DNA from: an uncultured Gemmatimonadaceae bacterium
Lineage (GTDB): Bacteria; Gemmatimonadota; Gemmatimonadetes; Gemmatimonadales; Gemmatimonadaceae
Reading direction: 5' to 3'
DNA length: 64,000 bases
Assembly (NCBI GenBank): GCA_963843845.1
Contig: CAWJMB010000002.1
Span: 2,464,001 to 2,528,000, forward strand
How positions within the stretch are numbered: position 1 is the stretch's first letter; each line of letters begins with the position of its first letter. Positions 1 to 9,390 of the stretch are shown piece after piece. The translations under genes and the position numbers were made by a program. A model generated the notes under the pieces. The model had not been told where the DNA came from. It did not search any database and was given only the letters and a program-made list of their open reading frames with translations.

Positions 1-854
1 TGCGCGCGCACGACGCTCTGCATCTCCGCCAGCATGAGCCCAAGAAACTCGGTGTGCCGACCGGAGCGTCCCCCCGTCATCATCCGGCCGGTCGGCGGCA
101 CGCGAAGCGTCGCTTCCGTCAACACCTGCTCGACGCGCGCCTGCCAGCGCGGGCGGAGAGCTGCCGCATCCACACCGACGCCGTCGGCGACCATCGCGCG
201 GTCGACGTCGTCCATCTCGAACAGCTCGCCGGTGTAGCGCCACAGCCCGTCGAACGCCGCCTGCATCCGCGCCCGGCTCTCCGCCGTGCCGTCGCCGAGC
301 TTGAGCACCCAGTCGGTCGTGTGCCGCAGGTGGTACCGGGACTCCTTGTGCGCCTTCGCCGCGATCCCGGCGAGATCGCCGTGCGCGCTGCGCGTCAGCG
401 CCGCGAGCTGCAGCTCCGCGAACGCCGAGTAGAGGAACTGACGCGCGATCGTCACGCCGAAGTCGCCGTTCGGAAGCTCGACGAGCTGTACGTTGCGGAA
501 CTCGACCGTCTCGCGCAGAAACGCGAGCGTGTCCTCGTCGCGACCCTTCCCCTCGCGCTCGCCGGCCAGCTTGAGCAGCAGGGCCGCCTGCCCGAACAGG
601 TCGAGCGACATGTTCGCGAGCGCGATGTCCTCTTCGAGGATCGGCCCGTGCCCGCACCACTCCGAGAGCCGCTGCCCCAGCACGAGCCGGTCGTCGCCGA
701 GTCGAAGCAGGTACTCCACGAACGGGTCGTCGGCCGTGCGCGACGTGTAGCTCGGGACGACGGGTCCAGCGGCGACGTCGAGCGGTCGGACGGGCGGCGC
801 GATGTCCGCGCCTGCGCCGTGCTCCGGCTCGTCGGGAGCGGTGCCGTACCCCAT
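1..854 (-). CDS. paaC: 1,2-phenylacetyl-CoA epoxidase subunit C (3' end runs off the window)
   Basis: Own translation from ATG 854, which overlaps the paaB stop (TGATG): YLLRLGDDRLVLGQRLSEWCGHGPILEEDIALANMSLDLFGQA...KAHKESRYH...GGRSGRHTEFLG. Follows paaAB. Confidence 0.93.
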   Translation of the reverse strand, partial: MGYGTAPDEPEHGAGADIAPPVRPLDVAAGPVVPSYTSRTADDPFVEYLLRLGDDRLVLGQRLSEWCGHGPILEEDIALANMSLDLFGQAALLLKLAGEREGKGRDEDTLAFLRETVEFRNVQLVELPNGDFGVTIARQFLYSAFAELQLAALTRSAHGDLAGIAAKAHKESRYHLRHTTDWVLKLGDGTAESRARMQAAFDGLWRYTGELFEMDDVDRAMVADGVGVDAAALRPRWQARVEQVLTEATLRVPPTGRMMTGGRSGRHTEFLGLMLAEMQSVVRA

Positions 855-1177
855 CAGTACACCCGCACGCCGCGCGGCACTTTGTAGAATTGCGGGTGCC
901 GGTACGCCTTGTCGTTCCCCGGCTCGAAGAACGGCCCCGCGTCGCTCGGCGCCGAGGCGGCGATGGCGCTCGTCGGAACGACCCAGAGGCTCAGCACCTT
1001 GCCGCGACGGCCGTAGACGTCACGCGCATTCTGAATCGCCTGCTCGGCGTCGACGGCGTGCACGCTGCCGACGTGCTCGTGCGGCGCCCCCTGCGACTCC
1101 TGCGTGAACACTTCCCAGAGTGCCCACTGCGTGTCGACCGCGTCGGGGGTCGAGGAACGGGGATCGGGCGAGCTCAC
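854..1177 (-). CDS. paaB: 1,2-phenylacetyl-CoA epoxidase subunit B
   Basis: WALWEVF...[26 protein letters not shown]...LWVVP...[10 protein letters not shown], typical of PaaB. Confidence 0.95.
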   Translation of the reverse strand: MSSPDPRSSTPDAVDTQWALWEVFTQESQGAPHEHVGSVHAVDAEQAIQNARDVYGRRGKVLSLWVVPTSAIAASAPSDAGPFFEPGNDKAYRHPQFYKVPRGVRVY

Positions 1178-1215
1178 GCTGCCACCGACCCCCGTTCACC
1201 GGTTCCCGATCCCCG
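1144..1215. repeat. heptamer-built palindromic element, copy 1 (across the paaA/paaB junction)
   Basis: CGGGGGT CGAGGAA CGGGGAT CGG ... CCCCCGT TCACCGG TTCCCGA TCCCCG. Confidence 0.65.
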
Positions 1216-2169
1216 CTTCGCCGCATACGCCTCGGCCGCCGCGCGCACCCACGCGCCCTCGTCGTGCGCTCTGTTGCGCGCCGCGAGCCGCTCGCGATTG
1301 CACGGGCCGTCGCCCTTCACGACCGCCCAGAACTCGTCCCAGTCGATCTGCCCGAACGCCCAGTTCTCCGTCGCCGCGTCGTACCGGAGCTCGGGATCGG
1401 GGAGCGACAGGCCGACTGCCTGCGCCTGCGGCACGGTCAGGTTCACGAACCGCTGACGGAGCTGATCGTTCGTGAATCGCTTCACGCGCCAGCGCAGCAG
1501 CTCGTCGGAATTGGACGATTCGCTGTCGTGCGGTCCGAACATCATGAGCGTCGGCCACCACCAGCGGTTGACCGCATCCTGCACCATCTCGCGCTGCGCG
1601 TCGGTGCCGGCGGCGAGCGTCGCGACCGACTCGTAGCCCTGGCGCTTGTGGAAGTTCTCTTCCTTGCAGATCCGGATCATCGCCCGTGCGTACGGGCCGT
1701 ACGACGCCTTCGCGAGCACCGTCTGATTCACGATCGCCGCGCCGTCGACGAACCACCCGATCACGCCGACGTCGGCCCACGTCAGCGTCGGGTAGTTGAA
1801 GATGCTCGCATACTTCGCCTTGCCGCTGAGCAGATCGCCGACGAGCTGCGCGCGGTCGACGCCGAGCGTCTCGGTGCCGCAGTAGATGTAGAGACCGTGC
1901 CCCGCCTCGTCCTGCACTTTCGCGAGCAGCGACGTCTTGCGCCGCAAGCTCGGGGCGCGCGTGATCCAGTTGCCCTCGGGCAGCATCCCGACGATCTCCG
2001 AGTGCGCGTGCTGGCTCATCATGCGGATGAGCTGCTTGCGGTACCGCTCCGGCATCCAGTCTTTCGGCTCGATCGACTCGCCGGCAGCGATCCGCGCCTC
2101 GAACTCGGCGAGCTGGGCGCTGTCGTCCGTGGTCGACTCTGGAGCGGACGGGGCGATCGACGTAGGCAT
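1174..2169 (-). CDS. paaA: 1,2-phenylacetyl-CoA epoxidase subunit A
   Basis: [65 protein letters not shown]. Start moved to ATG 2169. Confidence 0.96.
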   Translation of the reverse strand: MPTSIAPSAPESTTDDSAQLAEFEARIAAGESIEPKDWMPERYRKQLIRMMSQHAHSEIVGMLPEGNWITRAPSLRRKTSLLAKVQDEAGHGLYIYCGTETLGVDRAQLVGDLLSGKAKYASIFNYPTLTWADVGVIGWFVDGAAIVNQTVLAKASYGPYARAMIRICKEENFHKRQGYESVATLAAGTDAQREMVQDAVNRWWWPTLMMFGPHDSESSNSDELLRWRVKRFTNDQLRQRFVNLTVPQAQAVGLSLPDPELRYDAATENWAFGQIDWDEFWAVVKGDGPCNRERLAARNRAHDEGAWVRAAAEAYAAKRGSGTGERGSVAA

Positions 2170-2299
2170 CACGGCAGTAGGCGGCGGCAGAAGGAAGGTG
2201 TGTCGCGCAGTCTCGAATATACCCCGCCGTATCGCATTTCGGTCGCTCCATCGGCGAGATTGTCGCGCGATTCCCCTCTCAAACCTCTCCGCGCTCGTC

Positions 2300-3079
2300 A
2301 TGGCCGACAGCACCCTGCTCCCCTCCGACGGCCGCGTCGCCGTCGACGTTCACGGCGGCATCGCCGACATCCGCTTCGGGCACCCGAAGGGAAACTCGCT
2401 CCCGGCCGCGATCCTCCGCTCGCTCGCCGACGCGATCGCCGAGACGGGGCGGGACGCGAGCGTGCGCGTCATCGTCCTGCGGAGCGACGGACACGGTCCG
2501 TTCTGCGCAGGCGCGTCGTTCGACGAGCTCGTCGCGATCGACGACCCCGCCGCAGGGAAGGAGTTCTTCTCGGGCTTCGCGCGGGTCATCCTCGCCATGC
2601 TCCGCGCGCCACAGCTCATCGTCACGGCCGTGCAGGGCAAGGTCGCCGGCGGCGGCGTCGGCATCGTCGCGGCGTCGGATTACGTCATCGCGCTCGAGAG
2701 CGCGTCGCTCAAGCTGAGCGAGCTCGCGGTCGGCATCGGCCCGTTCGTCGTCGGCCCGGTGATCGAGAAGAAGATCGGGCTCGCCGCCTTCCAGGCGATG
2801 GCGATCGACGCCGATTGGCGCGACGCGGCCTGGGCACAGACTCGCGGGCTCTACACGCACCTCGCCGGTTCGTCGACCGAGCTCGACCGACGCGTCGACG
2901 GGATCGTCGCCAGACTCTCCGCGTCGAACCCCGAGGCGATGACGCTCATCAAGCGCGCCGCCTGGGCGGGCACCGAGGGGTGGGACGATCTCCTCGCCGA
3001 GCGCGCCGAGATCAGCGGACGGCTCGTCCTCTCGCCGTTCACGCGCCAGGCGATCGCGGCGTTTCGCCAGAAGGGCTGA
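2300..3079 (+). CDS. enoyl-CoA hydratase/isomerase (crotonase) family protein
   Basis: [37 protein letters not shown]. Divergent from paaA. Start at ATG 2300. Confidence 0.9.
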   Translation: MADSTLLPSDGRVAVDVHGGIADIRFGHPKGNSLPAAILRSLADAIAETGRDASVRVIVLRSDGHGPFCAGASFDELVAIDDPAAGKEFFSGFARVILAMLRAPQLIVTAVQGKVAGGGVGIVAASDYVIALESASLKLSELAVGIGPFVVGPVIEKKIGLAAFQAMAIDADWRDAAWAQTRGLYTHLAGSSTELDRRVDGIVARLSASNPEAMTLIKRAAWAGTEGWDDLLAERAEISGRLVLSPFTRQAIAAFRQKG

Positions 3080-3106
3080 CGCACTCGCGTCAGCCCACTC
3101 CGGATC

Positions 3107-4765
3107 TCAGCGCACGGCCGTTCGCAATCCGATGCGGTCGCGGTCGATGCGCTCGCTCGGCGGAATCGACCACTCGGACAGATTCGCCCACCAGGCGTCT
3201 GCGCGCAGCCCGACCGGCCGGATCCGCCGGTGCAGGCCGGCGAAGTTGCGCAGCTCGTAGATGTAGACGGCCGGCGCGTCGTCGACGAGCGTGGCGTACG
3301 CCCGCTCGAAGAGCGCATGCCGCCGCGCCCGGTCGAACTCGACCGTCGCCGAATCGAGGTACGCGTCGAACGTGGCGCTCGCGTACCCGGTCGTGTTGCC
3401 GGTCGGCCCGCGGTCCGCGGTCCGAGAGCTCCACGTCTGCCGGATCGTCGACGGCTCCGGGTCTCCCTGCCAGGCGTTGAGGAACGTGTCGTACTGGTGC
3501 TGCGCGAGACGCTGCATGAACGTCCCCATCTCGACGACGTCGACCGTGAGGTCGACGCCGACACGCTTCCACTGCGCCTGGAGGAGCACCGCGAGACGCT
3601 GCCGGGGCGCGCTCGTCCCGGGAACGAGGACGGAGAACGCGAGGCGGCGTCCGCCGCGTGTGCGGACACTGTCGGGCCCCATGCGCCAGCCGAGCGAATC
3701 GAGAGAGCGGCTCGCGGCGGACGGATCGAACGCGGCCGACGGGCGCGACGCACCGAACACGCGCGGCACCGGCATCACGGCGACGTAGCCGAGCGTATCG
3801 AACACGTTCGTCACGAGCGACTGGCGGTCGACGGCGGCCGCGAGCGCCCGCCGCAGCGCGCGGTCATCGAACGGCGCCTGCGCCGTGTTGAAGCCCAGGT
3901 AGCCGATGCTGAGCGATGGATACTCGACGGCGCGGAGGCTCTCCGCCGTCTTCACCCGGTCGAGCATGGGGCCGCGCAGCACCTCGAGGACATCGGCCTC
4001 CCCCGCGAAGAGCTTGTTCGTCGCGGCCGTCGGGTCGGGGGCGAACGCCCAGATCACACGGTCGAGCTTCGGTCGCCCGCGCCAGTTTGCCGTGTCCGCG
4101 ATCAACTCGATGCGTTCGTTCGGCACCCACCGGACGAAGCGGAAGCGTCCGCTCCCGACCGGCGCCTTGCCGAACGCCGCGGTCCGGAGCTGCGAGCGCG
4201 GAACCGAGTCGAGCAGGTGACGCGGCAGCACGAACAGGTTGTAGGTGAGATCGAAGAACTGCTGCGGGCTGCGACGGCGGAAATACGCGACCGCGGTCAA
4301 CGAGTCGGGCGCCGTCACCGAATCGACGTTCGCGAGCAGCTGTGTGACCGATGTGCCCGTCGCCGGGTCGTGCGCGACGTCGAACGAGAAGCGCACGTCC
4401 TCGGCGCGGACGCGGCGGCCGTCGTGCCACCGCGCGCGCTCGTCGAGCGTGAAGCGGATCGACAGCGAGTCGGGCGCCCACTCCCAGCGCGTCGCGAGTC
4501 GCGGCGCGAAGCCGTCGTCGCCGACGGTGCCTAACGAATCGCCGATCTCCGCGAGCCGGTCGAAGATCTGCGACACGACCTGCGCGCCCTGCAAGCTCGC
4601 GGTGAGCGGCGGCAGCAGCACGTCGGCGTCGCCAGGCGACGTGATGACGATCGTGCCGCCGGCGTCGGCCGTGGTCGTCGCCGGGGTGTCGCGCCCGCCG
4701 CACGCCGCGAGCGTCGCGGCGGTGACGAGTGCGGCGGCGAGGCGCGGAAGGGGAGGAGCGTGCAT
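3107..4765 (-). CDS. peptide/nickel ABC transporter substrate-binding lipoprotein (OppA/DppA, SBP family 5)
   Basis: Lipobox TLAAC; PRLATRWEW, ARWHDGRRVRAEDVRFS, PVGSGRFRFVRW. Start at ATG 4765. Confidence 0.9.
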   Translation of the reverse strand: MHAPPLPRLAAALVTAATLAACGGRDTPATTTADAGGTIVITSPGDADVLLPPLTASLQGAQVVSQIFDRLAEIGDSLGTVGDDGFAPRLATRWEWAPDSLSIRFTLDERARWHDGRRVRAEDVRFSFDVAHDPATGTSVTQLLANVDSVTAPDSLTAVAYFRRRSPQQFFDLTYNLFVLPRHLLDSVPRSQLRTAAFGKAPVGSGRFRFVRWVPNERIELIADTANWRGRPKLDRVIWAFAPDPTAATNKLFAGEADVLEVLRGPMLDRVKTAESLRAVEYPSLSIGYLGFNTAQAPFDDRALRRALAAAVDRQSLVTNVFDTLGYVAVMPVPRVFGASRPSAAFDPSAASRSLDSLGWRMGPDSVRTRGGRRLAFSVLVPGTSAPRQRLAVLLQAQWKRVGVDLTVDVVEMGTFMQRLAQHQYDTFLNAWQGDPEPSTIRQTWSSRTADRGPTGNTTGYASATFDAYLDSATVEFDRARRHALFERAYATLVDDAPAVYIYELRNFAGLHRRIRPVGLRADAWWANLSEWSIPPSERIDRDRIGLRTAVR

Positions 4766-4977
4766 CGACGTCAATGAGTGGAGGGCGACCGACTTCAACG
4801 TTCGTTGGACGAGAGCTGCGCCACGTTCGTCACTCGGCCCGCCGTCGGTGCTCGTGCGCGGCTGCAAGATGCGTCACGGTCTATTTCGGCGCTCAAGTTC
4901 TCGCCGAGCCGGTCGAGACTCACGGCTACGCCGGGGCATGCCCCCAAGTCGCCACCTGAATCCGCCGCAGATCCAAT

Positions 4978-5544
4978 ATGAAGCGTACTCTCCTGTCCAC
5001 TCGCTTTCTCGCGGTGGTCGCCGCAGCCACGCTCGCCGCCTGCAGTGACGCGAGCGAGCAGCAGCTCGCGCCGCAGCCCGCCGCGCTCTCCGCGTCGTTG
5101 CTCCCGCGGATCGTCGCGTCGGTCAGCCGCGGCACACCGCTGGACGCCGACGTCGTCACGAGCGCCACCGTCACGAACGCCGGCGGCACCATCACCGTCC
5201 CGGAGGCCGGGCTCACCCTGAAGGTGCCGGCGAACGCGCTCCCCGCCGGAACGTCGTCGATGACGATCCGGGTGACCGCGTTCAAAGGCTCGCAGTACGC
5301 CTACGATTTCGCGCCGAGCGGTGTGGTCTTCCGTCAGCCACTCTCCTTCGAGCAGCAGATCGACGGGCTCCCGATCCAGGCGCTCCTCGGCGCCCACGTC
5401 GGCTACTTCAAGTCACGCGCGGACCTCAATCCCGCGGCCGGGCTCGCGACCACCTACGAAAGTCTGCCCCTCGCCCTCGACATCCTCGGGCTGAAGATCC
5501 GCGCGAAGATCTGGCACTTCTCGGGGTACATCGCCGAATGGTGA
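4978..5544 (+). CDS. secreted lipoprotein, ZU5-like beta-sandwich ending in HFS motif
   Basis: Lipobox TLAAC. GGTITVPEAGLTLKVPANALP and FAPSGVVFRQPL resemble ZU5 domains. C-terminus is IWHFSGYIAEW*. Confidence 0.7.
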   Translation: MKRTLLSTRFLAVVAAATLAACSDASEQQLAPQPAALSASLLPRIVASVSRGTPLDADVVTSATVTNAGGTITVPEAGLTLKVPANALPAGTSSMTIRVTAFKGSQYAYDFAPSGVVFRQPLSFEQQIDGLPIQALLGAHVGYFKSRADLNPAAGLATTYESLPLALDILGLKIRAKIWHFSGYIAEW

Positions 5545-5588
5545 GCACGGCCGCGTGACGGGCGCGGTGCGGCGCGCGTCGTTGCGGC

Positions 5589-7727
5589 ATGCGATTCGAC
5601 GAGCAGCTCGACGAAGCACGCCGGGCCGTCGTCAGCGGCGAGCCACAGGCCGCGCGCGAGCTGTGCGACGCGGTGCTGCGCGCCCTGCCACGCTCGAGGG
5701 AGGCGCCGAGCATCGCCGCCGAAGCGCTCCGCATCGTCGCACGCGCGCACCTGGTCGAAGGGCACTCGGACGTCGCACTCGAGTGCCTCGAGGCCGCGTA
5801 CGCGATCGGCGAGGCTGACGGCAACCTCGCGGACACGGGCTACTCGCTGAACGGCACGGGCGTCGTGCACATGGGCCAGGGCCAGCTCGACGACGCGGAA
5901 CGGTGCTACGGCGCGGCCCTTCGATGCGCGGAGGCAGCCGGCGACGCGGAGCTGCGCCGCCGCGCGACGCAGAACCTCGGCATCATCGCCAACATTCGCG
6001 GCGATCTGCGCGAGGCGCTCGTGCACTACCGCCGCAGCCTCGCGGACCACCGAGAGTCTGGGCAGGCCTCCAACGTCGCGGCGACGCTGAACAACCTCGG
6101 CATGGTCCACGTCGACCTCGGTCAGTGGGGGCAGGCCGAGCAAGCGTACGCGGAGGCCCTCGAGATCGTGCGCGGCATCGGTGACCTCAACGCGCTCGCG
6201 CTGCTGTACGTCAACGTCGCCGAGATGTGGATCGGTCGCGGCGATCCGGAGCGCGCGCGCGTCGCCTGCGATGCGGCGATGGAGGTGTGTCGACGCACCG
6301 CCCACGCCCCGGCGATCGGCGAGGCGCACAAGATCTGCGGCGTCGTCGCGCGCGAGCAGGGGGCGTACGCCGAGGCCGAGGGGTGTCTGGACCGCGCTGC
6401 GGAGACCGCGGAGTCGCGCGCCGATCTGCTGCTGCTCGCCGAGACGTCGCGAGAGCAGGCGGAGCTCTATCGCCGGCAGGGGCGCAACGCGGACACGCTT
6501 CGCGCGCTCAATCGCGCCTACAAGCTGTTCGACGGCCTCCGCGCGCGGCGGGATCTCGCCGACATCGGTCGCCGGGTCGGGCGCATCGAGGACGAGTTCC
6601 TCGAGGTCGCCCGGCGCTGGGGCGAGTCGATCGAGGCGAAGGACCGCTACACGCAAGGTCACTGCAAGCGCGTCGCCGACCTCGCGTGTCTCATCGCGGT
6701 CGAGGCGGGGTTCGACGAGCAGTCGATCTTCTGGTTCCGCATCGGCGCGCTCCTCCACGACGTCGGCAAGCTGGTGATCCCGGAAGCCGTGCTCAACAAA
6801 CCGGGGAAGCTCACCGACGACGAGTGGTCGCTCATGCGCAGCCACACGGCAGCCGGCGTCGAGATGCTGGCGGGCATCGACTTCCCCTGGGACGTCCGCC
6901 CGATCGTCCGCTCGCACCACGAGCGGTGGGACGGGCGCGGGTACCCCGACGGGCTCGCCGGGGAGGAGATCCCGCTCGTCGCGCGGATTCTCTGCATCGC
7001 GGACGTCTACGACGCGCTCACGTCGGTGCGCAGCTACAAGCGCGCGATGTCGCACGATGACGCGATGAGCATTCTCCGCGGCGACGCCGGCACGGCGTTC
7101 GACCCCACGGTGTTCGCGTACTTCGAGCGCATCGCCGACGGCCGGGCGCCGCACACGGCCGCGATGCAGCAGGCCGCGGCGGCGGAGCGCGACGCGGGGC
7201 CCGACGCCGTCCCACTCCCGGCCGGCCACGATCCGGTCACCCGGCTTCCGCTCGTGCCGATCCTCGCGGCTCAGGCCGACCGCCTGCTCTCGCCAGGCGA
7301 CGGCTCGCTCGCCCGGCCGGTCGCCGTGCTGCACGTCTGCGTGGACGGTGACGCGCTCCGCACGCGGTCCGACGTGACATTCGACGCACTCTCGCGCCGC
7401 ATCGCCGACGCGTTGAGCCGCAACACGCGCGGCGGGGACCTCGTCGGCCGCCTCGACGAGGAGCGCTACCTCGTGCTGCTCGCCGACGCGCACCCGGCCG
7501 AGGCGCGCGCCGCCGCTGACCGCCTGCGCGACGCGGTGACGTCCGCACTCCTCGGACCGAACGACGCGACGATCCCGCTACTCACGCGCGAGGCGCGGCC
7601 ACGCGTCGCGATCGGCATCGCGGCGGCCCCGGGCCACGGGCGGACCACCGAAGCGCTCCTTCTGGCGGCGCGGATCGCGGCGGACGAGCTGGCAGCACCG
7701 CGCCATCGCACGGACGCGGCGGCCTGA
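5589..7727 (+). CDS. TPR-repeat + HD-GYP phosphodiesterase + degenerate GGDEF protein
   Basis: TPR units (LNNLGMVHVDLGQWGQAEQAYAEAL etc.); HD-GYP motifs LHDVGK and HHERWDGRGYPDGLAGEEIP; C-terminal RGGDLVGRLDEERYLVLL. Confidence 0.88.
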   Translation: MRFDEQLDEARRAVVSGEPQAARELCDAVLRALPRSREAPSIAAEALRIVARAHLVEGHSDVALECLEAAYAIGEADGNLADTGYSLNGTGVVHMGQGQLDDAERCYGAALRCAEAAGDAELRRRATQNLGIIANIRGDLREALVHYRRSLADHRESGQASNVAATLNNLGMVHVDLGQWGQAEQAYAEALEIVRGIGDLNALALLYVNVAEMWIGRGDPERARVACDAAMEVCRRTAHAPAIGEAHKICGVVAREQGAYAEAEGCLDRAAETAESRADLLLLAETSREQAELYRRQGRNADTLRALNRAYKLFDGLRARRDLADIGRRVGRIEDEFLEVARRWGESIEAKDRYTQGHCKRVADLACLIAVEAGFDEQSIFWFRIGALLHDVGKLVIPEAVLNKPGKLTDDEWSLMRSHTAAGVEMLAGIDFPWDVRPIVRSHHERWDGRGYPDGLAGEEIPLVARILCIADVYDALTSVRSYKRAMSHDDAMSILRGDAGTAFDPTVFAYFERIADGRAPHTAAMQQAAAAERDAGPDAVPLPAGHDPVTRLPLVPILAAQADRLLSPGDGSLARPVAVLHVCVDGDALRTRSDVTFDALSRRIADALSRNTRGGDLVGRLDEERYLVLLADAHPAEARAAADRLRDAVTSALLGPNDATIPLLTREARPRVAIGIAAAPGHGRTTEALLLAARIAADELAAPRHRTDAAA

Positions 7728-7807
7728 TCGGCGGCGGCCCGATCGACCGCCGCCTCACCCGCTCCCGTCGCGCCGTCGCGCGCGTCAGACCGTCGTCAGG
7801 CGAGACG

Positions 7808-8314
7808 TCACGCGGCACGTGGCTGGGGCACCGCCCACGACGGAAGTACCGGCGGATCCCAGCGGAACCACTTCCCTTCGCGCGTCTTCGCCGAGAAGCG
7901 GCCACCCTCGCTGACCTGCGCCCACCCCTCCTCGAGGTCGTACAGGTACCGGCCGAGTCCCCACTGCACCGCCGCTCGCTTCATCGAGTTCGACAGCCCG
8001 CCCTTCACCGGCTCGACGTCGCTGTTCTCGGCGCCGTCCCACTTCGTCACCCAGTCGGCGCTGCCGTCCGCACGCGTCACGCGGACCGAGAGGCCGCAGA
8101 TCACGCCGCCGGCCGGCCCCTCGCGATACACGTTCTGCCAGTTCGCAGGCCCGACGACTTCGTCGAGGCGATCCATGATCGCGCGGTTCGTGACGTAAGC
8201 GAGCACACGCGCCCACGGGCGACCATTCTTCTCGCCGGCCGTCTGCACGCGCCACTCGATGTCGTCGGCGGCGAACGGGTCACGCAGCCTGCCCAGATCG
8301 ATCTCGTTCGTCAT
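7808..8314 (-). CDS. Rad52/Rad22-family single-strand annealing protein (DdrA/Sak-like)
   Basis: PFAADDIEWRVQ, LAYVTNRAIMDRLDEVVGPANW, KGGLSNSMKRAAVQWGLGRYLY. Confidence 0.85.
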   Translation of the reverse strand: MTNEIDLGRLRDPFAADDIEWRVQTAGEKNGRPWARVLAYVTNRAIMDRLDEVVGPANWQNVYREGPAGGVICGLSVRVTRADGSADWVTKWDGAENSDVEPVKGGLSNSMKRAAVQWGLGRYLYDLEEGWAQVSEGGRFSAKTREGKWFRWDPPVLPSWAVPQPRAA

Positions 8315-8389
8315 CGTCGTCTCTCCCCTCGGCGTCGTCCAGTCCGTCGCACGCCGTGCATGACGCGCGAGCCCTCAACAGGGCTCTCG

Positions 8390-8412
8390 AATATACCCGA
8401 ACAGACGCCGAT
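8390..8412 (-). promoter_or_regulatory. -10 box TATATT with adjacent ATCGG-N6-TTCGG direct repeat upstream of the Rad52-like gene
   Basis: Minus strand reads ATCGG CGTCTG TTCGG G TATATT. The same repeat type occurs at uvrA. Confidence 0.5.
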
Positions 8413-8462
8413 CGTTCAGTGGGCCGGCCCGGGACCATGCTAGATTTTCGAGCAACTCGCCC

Positions 8463-9383
8463 ATGCCGATCACGACTTCGCCTCCCCCCGCCGTGCCCCC
8501 GGCCAGCATGCCGACGATGGAGCTCCCGACGTTCGCGCCCGGGGAGCTGATCGACGTCGCCCCGACCGAGCGCACCGCGCCCACCCGGGGGATCCGTCCG
8601 CGGCGCCGCTCGCGCCTGCAGAAGCTGCTCATCGGGCTGTCGAGTGGCACCGTGCTCCTCATCGTCGGGGGAGTGCTCGCGCTCGCGACGCTGCTCTCGC
8701 CCATCGGCGCGCGTCGCACCGCACGCGCCGCGGCCGAACAGGAGCTGCGGACCGAGCTCGAAGACGGTGAGCGCGTGCTGACCCAGGCGTATGTCTCGCA
8801 GCGGAACTGGTGGGACAACTTCCGCGAGTCGTTCGGGGTGCTCGCGGCGACCGACCGTCGCCTGCTGTTCGTCGGTCTTCCGCCTGCGAGCTGGCTGCGC
8901 GGCGTCGACGACGCCGGACCGCCGGAACTGCGCGTGCAGAACCTGTCGTACGACGCGCCCTTCACCGCCGAGCCGCACCGGCAGCTGCTGGGGCTCGCGT
9001 CAGGCGTACTCGTGCGCACGCCGAGTGGGGACGTGGCGTTCCTCGTGCCGCGGGGCGAGACCGACCGCGTGCAGGAGATCGAACGCGTCGTCGAGCGCGC
9101 GCAGCTCGCGCAGAGCCAGGCGAATCAGCAGGAGCAGCTCGTGCGCGTCGCGCCGCAGCGTCCGGCGCCGGTGTACGTGTCGCACACGGTCCGCAGCGGC
9201 GAGTCGGTGACGTCGATCGCGCGCCGCTATCGCACGACGCCCGACGTCATCCGTCAGCTCAACCGCCTGCCCACCGACCGCATCCGGATCGGCCAGCGTT
9301 TGCGCGTGCCGCAGTCCCTGGAGGGGGCGGACTCTGCGGCACCAGTTCCGGCTCGCGCGCCGCAGCCCGCGAACATTCCGTGA
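8463..9383 (+). CDS. membrane-anchored LysM peptidoglycan-binding protein (TM, PH-like middle domain, LysM)
   Basis: Hydrophobic segment LLIGLSSGTVLLIVGGVLALATLL; C-terminal HTVRSGESVTSIARRYRTTPDVIRQLNRLPTDRIRIGQRLRVP. Confidence 0.85.
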   Translation: MPITTSPPPAVPPASMPTMELPTFAPGELIDVAPTERTAPTRGIRPRRRSRLQKLLIGLSSGTVLLIVGGVLALATLLSPIGARRTARAAAEQELRTELEDGERVLTQAYVSQRNWWDNFRESFGVLAATDRRLLFVGLPPASWLRGVDDAGPPELRVQNLSYDAPFTAEPHRQLLGLASGVLVRTPSGDVAFLVPRGETDRVQEIERVVERAQLAQSQANQQEQLVRVAPQRPAPVYVSHTVRSGESVTSIARRYRTTPDVIRQLNRLPTDRIRIGQRLRVPQSLEGADSAAPVPARAPQPANIP

Positions 9384-9390
9384 CGTCGCG

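Noticed and set aside
2211..2224. 14-nt match TCTCGAATATACCC shared by the paaA and Rad52-like upstream regions, as a specific operator
   Set aside because: It is centred on the TATATT -10 box that also occurs at typA, lepA and tRNA-Asn, so it is best explained as promoter consensus.
4870..4977. c-di-GMP-I riboswitch upstream of the lipoprotein/HD-GYP genes
   Set aside because: The conserved GGCAAAC/GAAA/GACGCAAAG core is missing. Kept only as an unassigned structured leader.
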